Program-made: the position numbers and the translations under genes
Part shown: positions 13,843 through 28,163 of the stretch, piece after piece
Position numbering within the stretch: position 1 is the first letter of the stretch
How the letters are laid out: every line of letters starts with the position of its first letter
The notes under the pieces: model-generated
Told to the model about the DNA's origin: nothing
Seen by the model: only the letters and a program-made list of their open reading frames with translations
Databases searched by the model: none
From: Podarcis filfolensis
Taxonomy: Eukaryota
Strand: one strand, 5' to 3'
Assembly: GCA_964270895.1 (NCBI GenBank)
Contig: OZ185439.1
DNA: 64,000 bases

Positions 13843-14211
13843 GGGACATGGGTGGCTCTGTGGTCTAAACCACTGAGCCGAGGGCTTGCTGATCGGAAGG
13901 TTGGCAGTTCGAATCCCTGCGACGGGGTGAGTTTCCGCTGCTCGGTCCCTGCTCCTGCCAACCTAGCAGTTTGAAAACACGTCAAAGTTCAAGTAGATAA
14001 ATAGGTACTGCTCCAGCGGGAAGGGAAACGGTGTTTCCCTGCACTGCTCTGGTTTCGCCAGAAGTGGCTTAGTCATGCTGGCCACATGGCCCAGAAAAAC
14101 TGTCTGCGGACAAACGCTGGCTCCCTCAGCCTGTAAAGCGAGATGAGTGCCGCAACCCCAGAGTCGTCTGTGACTGGACTTAACTGTCAGGGGTCCTTTA
14201 CCTTTACCTTT
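13843..14211 (+). mobile_element. Sauria SINE, full length
   Basis: tRNA-like head ggtggctctgtggtctaaacc...ggttcgaatcc; typical body; (ACCTTT)n tail; tttaag on both sides as a possible TSD. Confidence 0.92.
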
Positions 14212-16145
14212 AAGCATGCAAGAATCGCCCTTCTGGATCAGACCAGAGGCCTATCTAATCCAGCAAATTATTCTTGGCCATGCCTGTAGAAACATTTTAC
14301 TTTCTTCATATGTTATCGTTTGGTCGTAAACCACTTCTGTTGATAGATACAACTTTATGCTAGAACTCCCTGAGAGCTCAAGGTCAAGTTGAACCCTGGA
14401 ACTACAATACTGACCTTCCCCAAAGAAGGATCAATTCTATGGGGCTGTTCAGATGTGAGTCCTCACGTTTACACTGAATGCATGAGGCATGGGTGGGATC
14501 ACATGCAGTAGCTATGGCCGCATGTTCAATATTACATGGGGAAGGGGCTATGCACAGCTCCTCCATTTAAGCAAGAAGCCAGTCAAGGTGCCAAACTCAT
14601 GACTGTTGTGAAGTGTGGCCAGCAAGATGTCAGCAGCATTGGGCGTGCGGCCAGCAAGTTCAGTCCTGCTTACCTCCCAACCATTCATTGAACTCCTTAA
14701 TCCTTTTGTCCGAACAGCTTTTTCATTAGTCATTCCGTCTTCCCCTCTCTCTGGTTTGCCAGTATAAGTCTTCCTTAAAAACGTGATGAAGTGAGAGAAA
14801 AGATTAGACTAGATTTAATTACATGGATGTACATTTAGCATGACTAGGCATTGTAATGAACCTGACAGTGGCGAGAACCAGCCTTTGGGCGGTGTTTATT
14901 GGGAGACATGCCAGAATTCTAATTGTACACATGCCCCACCCCAGTATTACTGGAAACAATGGGTGTTGACCAGGATTATGTGAAATACTCTGTCCATGCT
15001 CTTCATTTGTCCTTCTTCTACACAATGTTTTGTGAGTATGCACAATGACTGATGTTTATGTACAGTGTCTAGTCAACATATTTAACCACAGCATTTTTAT
15101 CTGTATAGTAACGTATTTCTTTGTTATTTTTGAAGATGCAGCAGATAAATTAAATCTGCCTGTCTATCTACGTAGCTTTGTTCTGACCACACTACTGGGC
15201 ACCCTAGAAGCAGCATTCACTTGGAAGGACAGCGTGCAAGGCTTTACTCGTTCTGTAACTCAATTTATGCCCCATACTGACCACATTTAAAAGTCAACGG
15301 TGTCAGATGCAGCAGGGAGGAGGAGAGATTTGTTTGGCAAATGCAACAGAACTGTTTGTCGTATTACTTTGCATTCCAAAATAATGCACAAAACACACTT
15401 TAAAAAATGATAATTAAGGCAAGTTAGATGTAATCAGAGTGCAGGTGTAGGAGTGACAATTAGAAAGATTTGATTATAAGTGCCTTTCAGAAATGCGTTA
15501 TGTTACTGATAGGTAGACAGAAGTGTTCTTATGTAAAGTTTATGCAAATGACTGTAATCAAATACAGACTTGCGTTTTTTTTTACACATTCCAATTAACC
15601 CCTTATCTTTTCTATTCTCTCATAGTATTTGTTTGATTTTTAAAACAGTCATTGGTGACATGGGCAGAACCCCCTTTTGATTTTTATAATAGGGTTTTGA
15701 CCAAATCATTTCTCCCCTGCTTTTCAGCTGCATTGCAAACCACTTTAGAAATTCTTTAGTGTTTCAAACATCACCTGGCATAATGCACCTCAATAGGAAA
15801 AGAATACAGCCTTGTGGCTCTTTAGAGGTGGGAGGTAATAGACCCATCCAGGGTTCAACTTAGGTAGGTCTATGGAGATGCAAAATTAAAAAAAAACTCT
15901 ATTGGCATGGCAAGCATTCTAAATACTAGAGTCACATTGCCAACAGGTGAATGTAGTCAAGGGTCATAAGTCATCCATTTGGAGGCTGATATGACGGTGG
16001 GATTTGGCTCAGCTAAGTAATAGCCTGGTAATGTGATTTAAGATTAAACAGATGGATGTAATGCATTTGCTTTTTAGCTGCCATGAGTCTTAGGTGGACC
16101 AGGCTGTATATCTTAATAAATTGGGTGGTGTTGCTGTTTCAAGTG

Positions 16146-16298
16146 CAGGCCCATGCAGAGCTTGTCTGAGACCCGGGGCAAGAGTCCTATTAGAATAAAG
16201 TTATAAACTCAAGCAAAAAAAACCAGCCGGTGCCTGGTTGGGGGACCCAGGTGTCCTGGGGCAAGTGTCCCCAGCTGCCCCTCCCCCTGCAGGGCCTG
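16146..16298. mobile_element. Older hAT-type MITE
   Basis: TIR caggccc(a)tgcag / ctgcagggcctg; 8-bp TSD ttcaagtg / tttgagtg. Confidence 0.75.
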
Positions 16299-16529
16299 TT
16301 TGAGTGAATACCTGCATAAGCAAATGCAAATGGCAAATGTTATATGTGGATCAAGGCTTAATGTGTGCTCATTCTGGTGTTTTAAGAATGATAAGAATAT
16401 CAGTTCTTGTTCTCATTGCTGAAATGGAACTATAGTAACATTATTCTACTTTGAAATCAGTTGACAGTTGAATTTAGGCCAATATGTAATTATTTTTCTA
16501 ATGATTTTTTGTGTGTGCTATTGTCTCAG

Positions 16530-16706
16530 GTTGAAATCAGCCCACTTGAAAATGCAATTGAAACCATGCAATTAACAAATGACAAAATCAACAATATGGT
16601 TCAGCAACATTTGAGTGATCCAAACCTGCCTATTAATCCTTTGTCAATGCTGCTAAATGGCATTGTAGATCCTGCGGTTATGGGTGGCTTCACCAACTAT
16701 GAAAAG
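16530..16706 (+). CDS. DOCK1: DOCK1 coding exon, [59 protein letters not shown] (lobe C, nucleotide-sensor region)
   Basis: ctcag / gtatgt; 177 nt; SPLENA and [11 protein letters not shown] motifs. Confidence 0.97.
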
Positions 16707-17389
16707 GTATGTTCATTCAGTGTTCTCTGTGTAACCATGTTGGCTCTCCGGCGATGAGAAACCTAGAACTTATATATACTAAAAGTGTATCTAATTATTA
16801 AATTAATGGATGATCCACAGGATATTTGTCTTTTCTAGGAACCATTCCAAATCTTTACTAATGCAAATACTTCTGAAAATAGGCCTCTTGTAACAATCTT
16901 TTTGAGGGAAGGGACAGAACGCAAATCTACTCCTCTGAGAATCACTGAAGCTGGGGACCAGCAACCACCCACGTTGAATAAGGATCAACTGGGGCAGCAT
17001 CTGTGGTTTATTTCTGTTCTTCAAGCTTTCTGAGATCCAACATGAGGCCTTTTACGGCTGCCCACAGCAGCATTTGATGTCCCTCCCAGCCCTCGTTCTG
17101 CCTTCTCAAACCTAGGTCATAAAGGTGCTGTACTTTGGGAAGGAGGTTTGAAGGCTCTGACAGGGTCCTAGAGTCCTCCCTCCTCCTTCCCAAAGCCTAG
17201 TTAGCACTTTCCCAGCTTGGGCGAAGAAGATTGAGGGGCTCTAGGATCCTGCCAGAGCCTCGCATCTCCTTTCCAAACTCCGAAACCACACAGCTTACCT
17301 GGCTTTGAGTAGGCAGCATGAGGACTAGGGGAAGTGTCCAATTTTGGCTTCACTTCCCCCCACTCCTGTTTATGCTATCGAATTCTGTA

Positions 17390-17631
17390 CAGTGGTACCT
17401 TGGTTCTCGAACGGCTTAGTTGTCGAACAAATCGGCTCCCGAACGCCGCAAACCCAGAAGTAAGTGTTCTGGTTTGCAAATGTTTTTTGGAAGCTAAATG
17501 TCCGGCGCTGCTTCTGCTTGAGTGCAGGAAGCTCCTGCAGCCAATCGGAAGCCGCTTCTTGGTTTTCAAATGGTTTCAGGAGTCGAATGGACTCCTGGAA
17601 CAGATTAAGTTTGAGAACCAAGGTACCACTG
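17390..17631. mobile_element. Tc1/mariner-type MITE (related TIR)
   Basis: TIR cagtggtaccttggttctc / gagaaccaaggtaccactg; TA TSD. Confidence 0.9.
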
Positions 17632-17868
17632 TACTGGCCTTTCTTAGTTCCTTGGTACCCTCACACTAGTGAAAGCCAGTTAGCACGGAAAACACACTTG
17701 TGTGCCTATGTGCCTATTTCAACAATGCTACTTTTCTGCATATCACTTCCCGTTTGAAAAGTTCATATTCTATTGAAAATGGCTAAATAAGTGTATTCAC
17801 TTTTTATTAGTTCTTCTACATTGTCAAATGTGTAATTTCTTTTGTAAAATGACATTTTTTCCCCTTAG

Positions 17869-17952
17869 GCTTTTTTTACTGAAAAATATGTGTATGACCA
17901 TCCAGAAGATCATGAAAAAATTGAAAAATTGAAGGACCTAATCGCATGGCAG
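17869..17952 (+). CDS. DOCK1: DOCK1 coding exon, AFFTEKYVYDHPEDHEKIEKLKDLIAWQ
   Basis: ccttag / gtaaat; 84 nt. Confidence 0.96.
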
Positions 17953-20900
17953 GTAAATCACGTCGTCAAGGAACTAAGTGGCATTCAAAGGCAGCCTGCT
18001 GTCATTTTTGACAAAACTCAGCCATCAAAGAATTCACTCCAGTGTATATGTTTCTATGGCATTTCAAATGCCTTGAAACAGGAGTTAAAGTTCATCTTTC
18101 TGTGTCTGACATAGTTTGTCATTTTATACTCCCAAATGTGACTAGCACTATTAACCCACAATTTTATCTCCTGCTGTTAAGTTCACAATTTAAAGATCTG
18201 AGAGCACTGGAACTTTCAGCTTAGAAACTATCATAGTATAGTTTAGTTCAGTGTGGCATTTCCTCCCAGCTGGGACTGATTTACCTCTAGGGGCAAAAGA
18301 AGAAGAAAAGGTAAGTGATAGGTATGGTAGCTTAAAAGTTCTGCTGTAAATATTCACTCTGGAGCACTGCAGGAAGGCTGGACCAGACTAAAGATTCACA
18401 TTCAATCTGAATACTTATTTTATGTCAAGGATGTGCTAGATGCAGAACAGAGTTATGGGATGGAGACTGAAGCATTAGGGACTGATAGCTGGAGTGGGGC
18501 AGGTGTATGGCCTTTAGGTTTTTCCTAGAACCATGGTGTATTTATGAAATAAATTAATAAAAAACACTCTGTTGTACTTTAGCCAGCTTGCTCCACATGG
18601 AATAATCCAAGCATTCCTTAGGATGCAGCCATGTGAATAAAGTAACTTCAAATCCAGTGCATCTTCGTTTACACCCCCTGCTCAAGACAGTATTTTCAGT
18701 AAATGCAACATCAGGCTTTTTCAGCCAGGACATGTGCCCAAATCACCTCTGGGAAGCAGAGACTGGAATCATGGATGCCCAGTCAGCCGATATTTCTTTC
18801 ATGTATCTGTATCTATTTGAGTCAGTCCCTGTGATGGAAAATGGAATTGGTAACCATCACAACTGATCTTAACAAAGAGAGGAAAGGAAAAAGCACTGCC
18901 TCTTACCTACCTAGATTAAGACTAGGATAGTTCTGAAACTCCTGTTTTCATCTGCTTAATTGTGTATATAAAGGAGAAGATTCTGTAAGATGTTCCTCTT
19001 ATTCACTGTTCACCTTGCAAGATTATGAAGAAAAATAGTATTAATTATAGAAAATTGTGCAGTGCTACCTTTTTTGGATCTTTCTCTTTTTAATTCTGAA
19101 GCTCAAGTACAGTAGTCTTTTTTTTGTTAAGGATTGCTGTTATTACTGTCAAATGCTGAATGTATTAGGGAGGAAAACTAGAAAGCTCATTCCAGCATCT
19201 GTTGTATAGTTATATGCAAATATTGTGTGTTTGGCCTCAGGATAATTTTATGATGCATTTCACAGATGTGACTGACTGCTTTTTTAAAAAAAACAACAAC
19301 AACACTGCTACATTCATGTTGTTTTATATTCAGTTGTGTCCTTATTATAAGAGGAATAATTTAAATTTCCAGAGGCCTATATTTTAGTTTTTGAAGACAG
19401 CTAAGATATAATATTCAGAAATTCTCTATGGACCATGAAAGTATTGCTGAACAAAAACTCGTGTGGTCCTCTGAAATTCTATTGATTCCCCCACCCTGGT
19501 AAGCTTTTACAACAGATTGGATTTTAGGAGTTTTCAGTCCTACAGAGAAAAATAATTTGTTCCCGGGAGACTAACTTAATGTCAGCACTGTGTCATTGCC
19601 CCTAATAACTATGTTAAAAATGAAGTTTAATGGTGCTCATGGACACACTGTTTACCCAGAAGAGAATTAGCGTGCTAGCAAAATTTATATAATATTGCAA
19701 GGTTGCATATTTAACAATACACATTTATTTTAATACAGATGCACATCATTTCCACCTCTCTTGTGCATTTCCATGTTTTCTTGCTTAAAGCTAAGAAACA
19801 TAAACCAACCAGATTAATAGAAGCAAACTTTTTCCCCCTTGATATTGCTGCAGCTAGGAAGACACGGCGATGAGTTTTAAATGCCACATCAGAGTGTCCA
19901 GAATTAAACCTTTCTGTAAATTATTTCATTTGTTCCAGAAGGCAAAAAGTGCCATTTAATTAGTTTAAATTGCTAATTAAATTAATTAGTGGCTTCACAA
20001 AAATGTGACAAAATGCCGTGGCATCCCCCCACCCCACCCCAAAGATATGAATACATTCCTTCACATGATTCCCATCCACACGCTTTGCCCAAAAGCAAGG
20101 GGAAGTTAATCAACCAAGCAGTGTAGCAATGGCCATTTCCAGCACCAACTGCATGGAGTGTGCTCCACGTGGCGAACCATTTGAGCAGGAAGAACTTCAA
20201 ATAAATGCTTATGTAAAGATGTGGTTATCTGGTATGGCGAAAGCCCAGTGCAGTTCAGTGCCTATTGTGGTGCTGCCTTGGCAGCACTACCTCAATGGCT
20301 TTCTCCACCTGAGGCAGCTGCTTCTCTCTGCCTCATGGATGGACCCGGCCTGTCAAGGACTGACAGCACTGGCTCTCCCCACTGATTCAGTCTTGTGGTC
20401 TCCAAGGAAGAAAAGGTGAATGCTTTCTTCAAACCTCTACTCCTCCTCAATGCGAGGTGTTGCCAGAGTGCTCTCCTTATTATAAGCTTCATATTTTTGC
20501 CTGTGACTGGGAGAGCATGCACAGTATGGGAAGGGCTTTCTGATAGGTAGGAAGTTAACAGTCCTTTGCCTGCACGCTGGCTGAGGTTTACATTCAGTTG
20601 GTTTATTTGAACCAGGATCTATTCCAGGGCCAAATTAGACCCTGAGGCCTTTTTCTGACCAGTGCACCTGGCTCTTTCCACCGTAACATAAGCAAAACAG
20701 CGGCCCCGAAGTCTTAAATCATGCAGTTTTCAATGTAAATGACTATAGTGCAACATTTTTCATGATTGTCCAGTCCACCAACATGTTGATATTGCTTTAG
20801 CAGATATATTCCGTGATAATTTTCTGAAGTGGGCTGCATCACTTACATCACATTCCATCATTTATCATATTTTTAACCCGTAAAAGTCAGGAATGACCCT

Positions 20901-22357
20901 GCAGCAAATACGTTAGGAAAGCTAGCTTCTCTTGTGGCTTATCCTTCCCTGGTCAAAAATAACACAACTGTGGTTCCCTGTATTTAATTGCCATATGGAA
21001 GATAGCTGGAAGTTGCTCTTTGGTGATTAACAAAAAATATGCTTCATTAGTTCTAATCAAAGTGGCAATTTTAATGTTTATTTTTTTCCGCTGCCAAGGA
21101 CAAATCCATATGGGCTATAAATACCCGTGGCTACAGTTGAAATATTGTGCTTCTTTGGTCTTTTCCTTCAAAAGTGCCAAGAGAAGCAGCAGCTGTGTGC
21201 TGCTAAATGTCAAGAAAACAAATTTTATTCAGGATTTCATCCTGACAAGATTCATTGAATTTGTATGAAATGCAGTTCAGTTATATTGTCTTCCATACTT
21301 GTAAATCTTCTAATTTAGATGGATGTTCAGCGATGTTGGGGGGGGGAATCTGTTTTTAATCAGTATTATGGTTTAATTATGAATTATTAAGCAGAAGCCT
21401 CTTAGCTTGATTGCTGTGGAGAATATCAAACTCCAAAACTGTGTATCTTGGTAAAAGATTTCAACCCCCACCCACTTTTAAGTTTGAGGGAGAGGAGACT
21501 AATAGGAGGTCTATAGCTTTGGGAATGAAATATCACTCTTAAAACATTTTAAAGGTCAGTCACATCTCCACACTACGAGCTAATTATGTAATCTTACCTT
21601 GGCATGGGTATTTTTTGACAGCAGCCCTGCACATAAATGATTATTTTCAATTATACAAAAGGAATAATTTTGCCTTTTCTCATCTCTATCTCTCCCTCTT
21701 CTAAAATATTGGAAAACCAATTTCCAATTAGAAATTTAGGTTTAGCATTGAACACGTAGTTTTCTACATTTTATTAACAAATACTGATGTGCACAAAATG
21801 CAGTAGAGTATTTTGTTTTGTTTTTCAGTGTGGTGCAAAGGGTCATAAATAGCATTTGTTAACCAGAAGCAGGCTTTGTTTCTTTACTATTTATTCTCTG
21901 GAAATCTGTTGGAGCTGACATTAATAGTGTAGCTTGAGCGTCGGCATTCATCAGCATGCTAATTTAAGGCGTGGTATGCCTTGGTATTCTTTTGAGCATA
22001 ATGTAAATGGAATATTTATTCATCCTGATTAATTTAGCTGTGCATCTCAAAATGTGATGACTCCATTTATTTTAAAAGACAAAGAACTGAACAAGAACAT
22101 GCCCAAACTGTAAATATCTGGATGTTTGTGGGGTTTTTTGACTAACCACATTAGCAACTGCACAGACTTGCACAAACTCATTTTCCCCCTAAGAGTCACT
22201 GGAGGCAAAAGTGAGATTGTGCATGTTCTTGTATATTTTTCAAAGGTGTTACAATTCCACAGCACCTTATATGTTAAGATGAAATTCCTGTTTTGCTCCT
22301 TTTTTGTTCTTTTGACACAAGACGAAAAATTAATGGAAATACAAATTTCTGTTTCAG

Positions 22358-22495
22358 ATTCCATTCCTGACAGAAGGTATCCGAATTCATGGAGATAAAG
22401 TCACAGAAGCACTTAGGCCATTTCATGAGAGGATGGAAGCCTGTTTTAAGCAACTGAAAGAAAAAGTTGAAAAGCAGTATGGTGTCAGGAGTCTT
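22358..22495 (+). CDS. DOCK1: DOCK1 coding exon, [46 protein letters not shown] (end of DHR-2)
   Basis: tttcag / gtaagt; 138 nt. Confidence 0.96.
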
Positions 22496-22774
22496 GTAAG
22501 TAGTTCTCATAAAATATCGGTTTTAGAATGGGAAATGTAAATAATGTTAAACCTTTTGTTTCCCTGTAGATTCTGCACTATTATAGGGGCTCTGAGGCAG
22601 AATAGGTCTCTATCCTCTCAGAGGATGCTCTGTTTTAAACCCAGTTCCATTTCTGTTTAATATGACAAAATCAATGGTACCGTCAAGTGAAATTCAGTGT
22701 TTTATTAAAACATCCATAAAAGTAAGACAGGAGTTGTGAACAGGCTTACATACAGGTGTACTTAACATAAGCAG

Positions 22775-23105
22775 AGCCAAAATGGATCAGATCGAAGACT
22801 TTGTCCAGCATCCTGTTCACCCAGTGGCCAGACTGATGATTATGGGAGACCTGAAAGTAAGGCATGAACACAACTGCTTTCCTTCCACTTGCACATACTG
22901 CCTCTGAGGTAGGCGATACACAGCCCTTATGACTAGAAGCCGTTGATAGTTTTATCCTCTGTGGATTGGTCTAAACTCATTACTACAACCACAAATTCCA
23001 TAGTTTAACTCCTGCACTGTGTGAAGAAGTACTTATTTTGTTTCTCCTGAATCTTCCAACATTCAGCTTTAGTGGATGGCCTAAATTCTAGTATTTTGAG
23101 AGTAT
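22775..23105 (-). mobile_element. CR1-type LINE 3' fragment
   Basis: aacataag...ggatcag...gtccagcatcctgttc signature; related pieces at 35865-35945 (-) and 48900-49040 (+). Confidence 0.65.
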
Positions 23106-23757
23106 CAAAACAACTCAATTAAAGATTTGGCGATAGCCATGTCATGATAATCCGTTGTAGCAAAAACAACGGAGGCTCGTAAAATCTTAACATCTTTTCA
23201 GTTTATTGTGGCATAAATGTTCCTGGGTTAGGACAGTCTTTAGTCTGATAAAGTCTTTAATTGGCAGGCGTATGCATATGTTTATATGTTTGCATATTTA
23301 CATTTAAATGGGTCAAAAGAGAAATATATACATAGTGGGACCAAAAGACCAATAGTAAGCAATAGATTTGTCATATTTCTGTGCTGAACCAAATCTATTC
23401 AACAGGGTTAGGCAATGTGTAGCCCTCAAATGTTGTTTGGCTCCAACTCCTGTCAGCAAGGCCAGTCATCAGGGAGGCTAGCAGTTGTTGTCCAGTGACA
23501 TCTGATGACCCCAGGTTCCCCTGGGTAAGTTCAGAGCAGAAGCAGCTCACAGTGTGGGGTGAAGCTGTTATGCTAGCCTCCCAACAGGTGGCTCACTATT
23601 GCTTAATCGGAGGGAGATGGGGAGGCTGCAGGAAGGTCAGGGCAAGAGCATGTCAACCTTCCCACTGCCTTATCCATGTCCCTTCCGGAGACTTGTCTGC
23701 TGGGAAGCTAGCATAACATTAAGAAATGGACAATTACATTCTGTAGTGAGATAGGTA

Positions 23758-23936
23758 CAGTGGCGTAGCGTGGGTTGTCAGCACCCGGGGCAAGGCAAGT
23801 AATTTGCGCCCCCTAACCCATGGATTTGCGCCCCCTAACCCGTGGATTTGCGCCCCCAACCCATGGATTTGCCCTAACCCCAGATGTTGCGCCCGGTGCG
23901 GCCCGCCCCCCCTGCACCCCCCACGCTACGCCACTG
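23758..23936. mobile_element. hAT-type MITE with a perfect 8-bp TSD
   Basis: 16-bp TIR cagtggcgtagcgtgg / ccacgctacgccactg; TSD gataggta at 23750-23757 and 23937-23944. Confidence 0.92.
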
Positions 23937-26521
23937 GATAGGTAACCCCAATTTCAGCTGGGTCCAAATAAATAAATAATGGTTAAGCAATTTAGTGCTG
24001 GAATGTTCCTTTGAAGTTTCTTCGTTGAAGTATAGTTTGAAGTCAGGAGTGTTTGCAGGAGACATTTCAGTATTCTGTGAAAAGATTAGTATACATAACA
24101 ACATTTTCAAGTATTTAAGAGTGACCAAATATAAACCCTAAGAGGTAACCAGAAACATTAGATTTTACAGTATACTTTCCAGGTTCACTGTGAGAGACCT
24201 GCTTGGTTTAAAATCAAGACAGTATGCATTTTTTTACAGTTTTGTCATGAGATTAAATCCTCAGGTGGTATCTGACACCTTTTTGAAGCATCCGCCCTTT
24301 GAAGTCAAAGGCAGGTATCAAGGAATAAAATTTGTGAAATATCATTTCCAGGGAGTTAGCATTATATCTGCATCGGGCCTGTTTGAGTGTCTTTATTGGT
24401 TTTACGCTTTGGGTGTTAACTAAGTAAAACTCCTTTATATTGGTCTTGGATGTTTTGTTTGGAATAGCTGCATATTTGAAATGGAATTTATAATGCGCTA
24501 AAAAACAACAACATAGAAGTGCTCATGTAATTTATTCCCCCTTCCACACTTTATGATGAAACAAATATATATGCACTCCAAAATTTCTCAGAAAATGTAT
24601 AACTGTAAATCTTGAGTGTATAAGCTCAATATTGCTCTCTCTGCTTTTGTCATTGTGACATATGTTGTGTATTTGGTCCCACACAGAGGAGTAGATTTTT
24701 CAAGCTTTATTAACCACACAAATCATGTATGAACACTGAAGCTAGGCAAAATAATGAGACCCTCCTGTCATTTAAGAGATACGTTATCGTCACAATTGGT
24801 ATAATTTGTGTCCAAGTATGCAATTAGAAATTGCTTAAGTCTCACTAGTGTCTTGCTACACACATCTTGATTGTATAGTTTTGTTTCTTTTCTTTTTTGA
24901 AAATTGAAAAACAGCTTCCCTTATAGCGGTATCAGCCATGCTGGGTGGGCTGCTTATCAAAATTGGAAACCCATTTCTATTACATATTCTTTAAATATAG
25001 AGCTTAATTCATTACTGTGCATAATTCATAGTGAGTAGAGCAGTCAACAATGTTTAATCTTATTAAAACCTACATAACCTTTGGAGTGCCACCTCAGGTG
25101 GCAGATACAGGTCTGAGCAATGCAGTGCTTGCTGCCACTGCCACCTGCCACAGGTGCGGGGGGGGGGGGGGCAGCAAAGCTAGCAGTAAGACCTGGAGCT
25201 GCCATCTGAAGTGACTGCTCCTCTCTGGCCTCCTTTTCTCCTCCCCCCCCGGGCCATCTCCAGGTAGCTGTGGGGAGGAGGGAAGGAAAAGGCAGGAGGC
25301 TGCCTCAAGTGGCAATATGTCCTGGGCCAGCCCTACATTATGTTGGAATATCTCTCTTTCTTACAACTTGAAAACATTGGAAAAGCCACGAGACAGCAGA
25401 TAAAATTACTGCCCTAGATGATAATGTGCTCCCCGTGTGAAGAGAGACGTTGATATAAGCCCTGTTTATATGTCACTTGTTTCAGTAGAACATTTTAACA
25501 TATTCTGGTATTTGACTGCTATGCTTATATCCAGATATTATCTTCTCAGCCTCACACAGATCTGCAGCTCAGCTCTGTCAGAACACATAGTGTTTTATCA
25601 CTTCTGTCTGTCTTTGTGCAGCACCAGCCTCCTACTAGTTGGCAGGGTGGAAAATCTACCTGTGATCAAACAGCATGGGGTTCCTATTTTTGTTGGCAGA
25701 ATTCAATTATTTTGCGCATATATTAGTTATTAATGGGTAACAAACCTTGAATAAATATTCAGAACGGTAAATTCTGCCTTTCTTGTTTCTTCCATCTGTG
25801 AAACTAGATTTGTGTGCCTCAGTACTAATATGTGTGCTTCTGTAAAGTCATTTATTTTGCCAGATTGACTGGGGTTCTCCCTGTGAGGTAGTAAGAATCG
25901 GGTGTGTTGGTGGTGTACCAGGCTCCCTACAGGGTGAGAGCCTGATGGTGAGGAAAAGATAAATCTCCATATTGGGGGGGGGGAGTTGTGGATTTAGGAG
26001 TAGTTGTTGGGTTTTTTGGTTTTGAGTGTAGAATTCATATTGTATTTCTTATATTGATTCCTTTTTGATGAAATATATAAACCACTTAGAGAGTTTTGTT
26101 GAAATAGAAAGTGGTATATAAATTAACTAGATAAAATAAATAAACATCTTTATCTATTTCAGTTGTTTAAAGCAACGTGGCTAACTTTTGGCCCTTCACA
26201 TGTTGCTGAACTACAATTCCCATTATCCCTGATCATTGGCCACACTGCGTGTAGTTGATGAGAGTTGTAGTTCAGCAACATCTGAACCAGGCTAGCCACT
26301 CTGGTTAAAAGGCTACATATACATGTGAATGAATGATAGCATTATAATTTCTGTGGCCTTGAATAATATAATTTTATTATATTTTATAATTTTCCTCAAG
26401 AAAAACGTTTTCACTCTTCTGAATGAAATGAATGACACCTAAATAAAAGTACATCTTTTATAACATTCATGTATTTGGAAGTGTTCTGGCAATAAAAGAA
26501 CGATACTTGCTCTTTCTGTAG

Positions 26522-26667
26522 CCCTCAAGCGTGGATGACAGACGAGGTAGTCGGCCAAGGTCCATGGTTAGATCATTCACAATGCCTTCATCTTCAAGGC
26601 CACTGTCTGTTGCTTCAGTTTCCTCCATTTCATCTGACAGCGCACCTTCGAGACCAGGCTCTGATGG
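26522..26667 (+). CDS. DOCK1: DOCK1 coding exon, PSSVDDRRGSRPRSMVRSFTMPSSSRPLSVASVSSISSDSAPSRPGSD(G)
   Basis: ctgtag / gtacgt; 146 nt; DOCK1-specific Ser-rich segment. Confidence 0.95.
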
Positions 26668-28163
26668 GTACGTGTGGTCTACTGCATGCATACTCTGTAG
26701 CATTTTCTCTACTAGCTCATACTCCTAAGGTTCATAAATATGCCTGCTTCACATTTTCTTTGGGCTTTTTGATCCATATATTAAAATTTTCAGGTAGGGT
26801 TTTTTTTAAAAAAAAATCTTGTGTTGAGATATTAGCAATAAAATTCCTTAGCCTGAGAATTTACCATTCTCTTCTATTTACTTTAAGTATTGAAGTTAAG
26901 ATTTCATGAAGGCCAGTTTATGAGACTGAACGCTGGTCTCATACTTATTAAGAATCCCTGCAGTTCTTGACACACACAATGCTAATTGCAGTGTTAATTT
27001 TAAAAAAAGCTTTGGAATGCTTCACAATGTTTCTGACATGTGAAGTCAGGTGTTCTATCATTCTTTGCAGCTGCTCTTCGAAGCTGAGAGAGAGGGCATT
27101 CCAAAGAGCTGAGATACCTTGTGACTTGAGAGGGCACTTAGAAGTAGAGCAGAACCCTTAGTGGTTCTGTAGCAGCATATCTCCATTATGTTCCACATGC
27201 CCCTCCCTTTTCCCTTTGGTCACACAACAACCAGTAGCCATTTGCAGGGAGAAGGGACAGTTGGCTATGCAGATACTCCTGCATGTTGAAAGAGAACCAT
27301 GCCCTGCATCCGTCAATCGTATACATGTCTGCTACCTTTGACATGTGATACCTATTTACAAAGACATATGCTGGCTGTACAAATATTTTCAGTTGTTCTT
27401 TACTTCAACATTCACACAAGCACAGTTTCGTAGACTTAGGTTTCTGCCAGCCAAACTACCAGCTTTGGGAGGGTGGGGGGAGCTTAAAACTGACCCTGTT
27501 CATTCTTCTAATGCATAAGGGACCTTGCCAGTTTCCTGCCGGAAACCACTCCCCCAAACCGAGCTGCTGTCTGCTCCTGAAGGTAACAGCAACTCTGGTG
27601 GCAAACAGCAGTAGGTGGGAGGTTTCTTGCAGGCAGCTACCATGCACCTCTGCTATGAATCAGGATCACTTTCCAGATAGAGATGCCACAACTTCTAGCT
27701 TCCCCAAAAGAAAAGCAGACAGTGTAAATAAATATAACCTATACTTTGGCCCTGAGAGGTTATAAACTACAGGTGTATTAAAAAAATCCATACAGGTGTT
27801 TTTCACTTCATAAAGTGTATTGAATTGTGAATTTGAATTGAGTGCCGAAGCTGCATTCCTATACATACTTAACTGGAATGTAAGTCTCATTTAACACAAT
27901 GACACTTACCTATTGAGTAGATGTTTATAGAATTGCACTGTTAGTCTACTACATGAATTGTTAGGGATGTTCCATAATAGTTTGCGGTAAATTTTGATCA
28001 ATAGCCAAAATGAATTAGTTGTTCTGTCACCCCCATTATAGTATCATTAAGTTTGATTGGTTGATGAAGGGATGGAGCACTAAAGTGGTGCTGCACCTAA
28101 AGATGTAGTGATTGGTACTGATATAGCGATGGCCTTAGTACAGCAAATGTTTATACCCTTCAG

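Noticed and set aside
23800-23880. Short direct-repeat array that might look CRISPR-like
   Set aside because: No unique spacers, eukaryotic context, and it lies inside a hAT MITE
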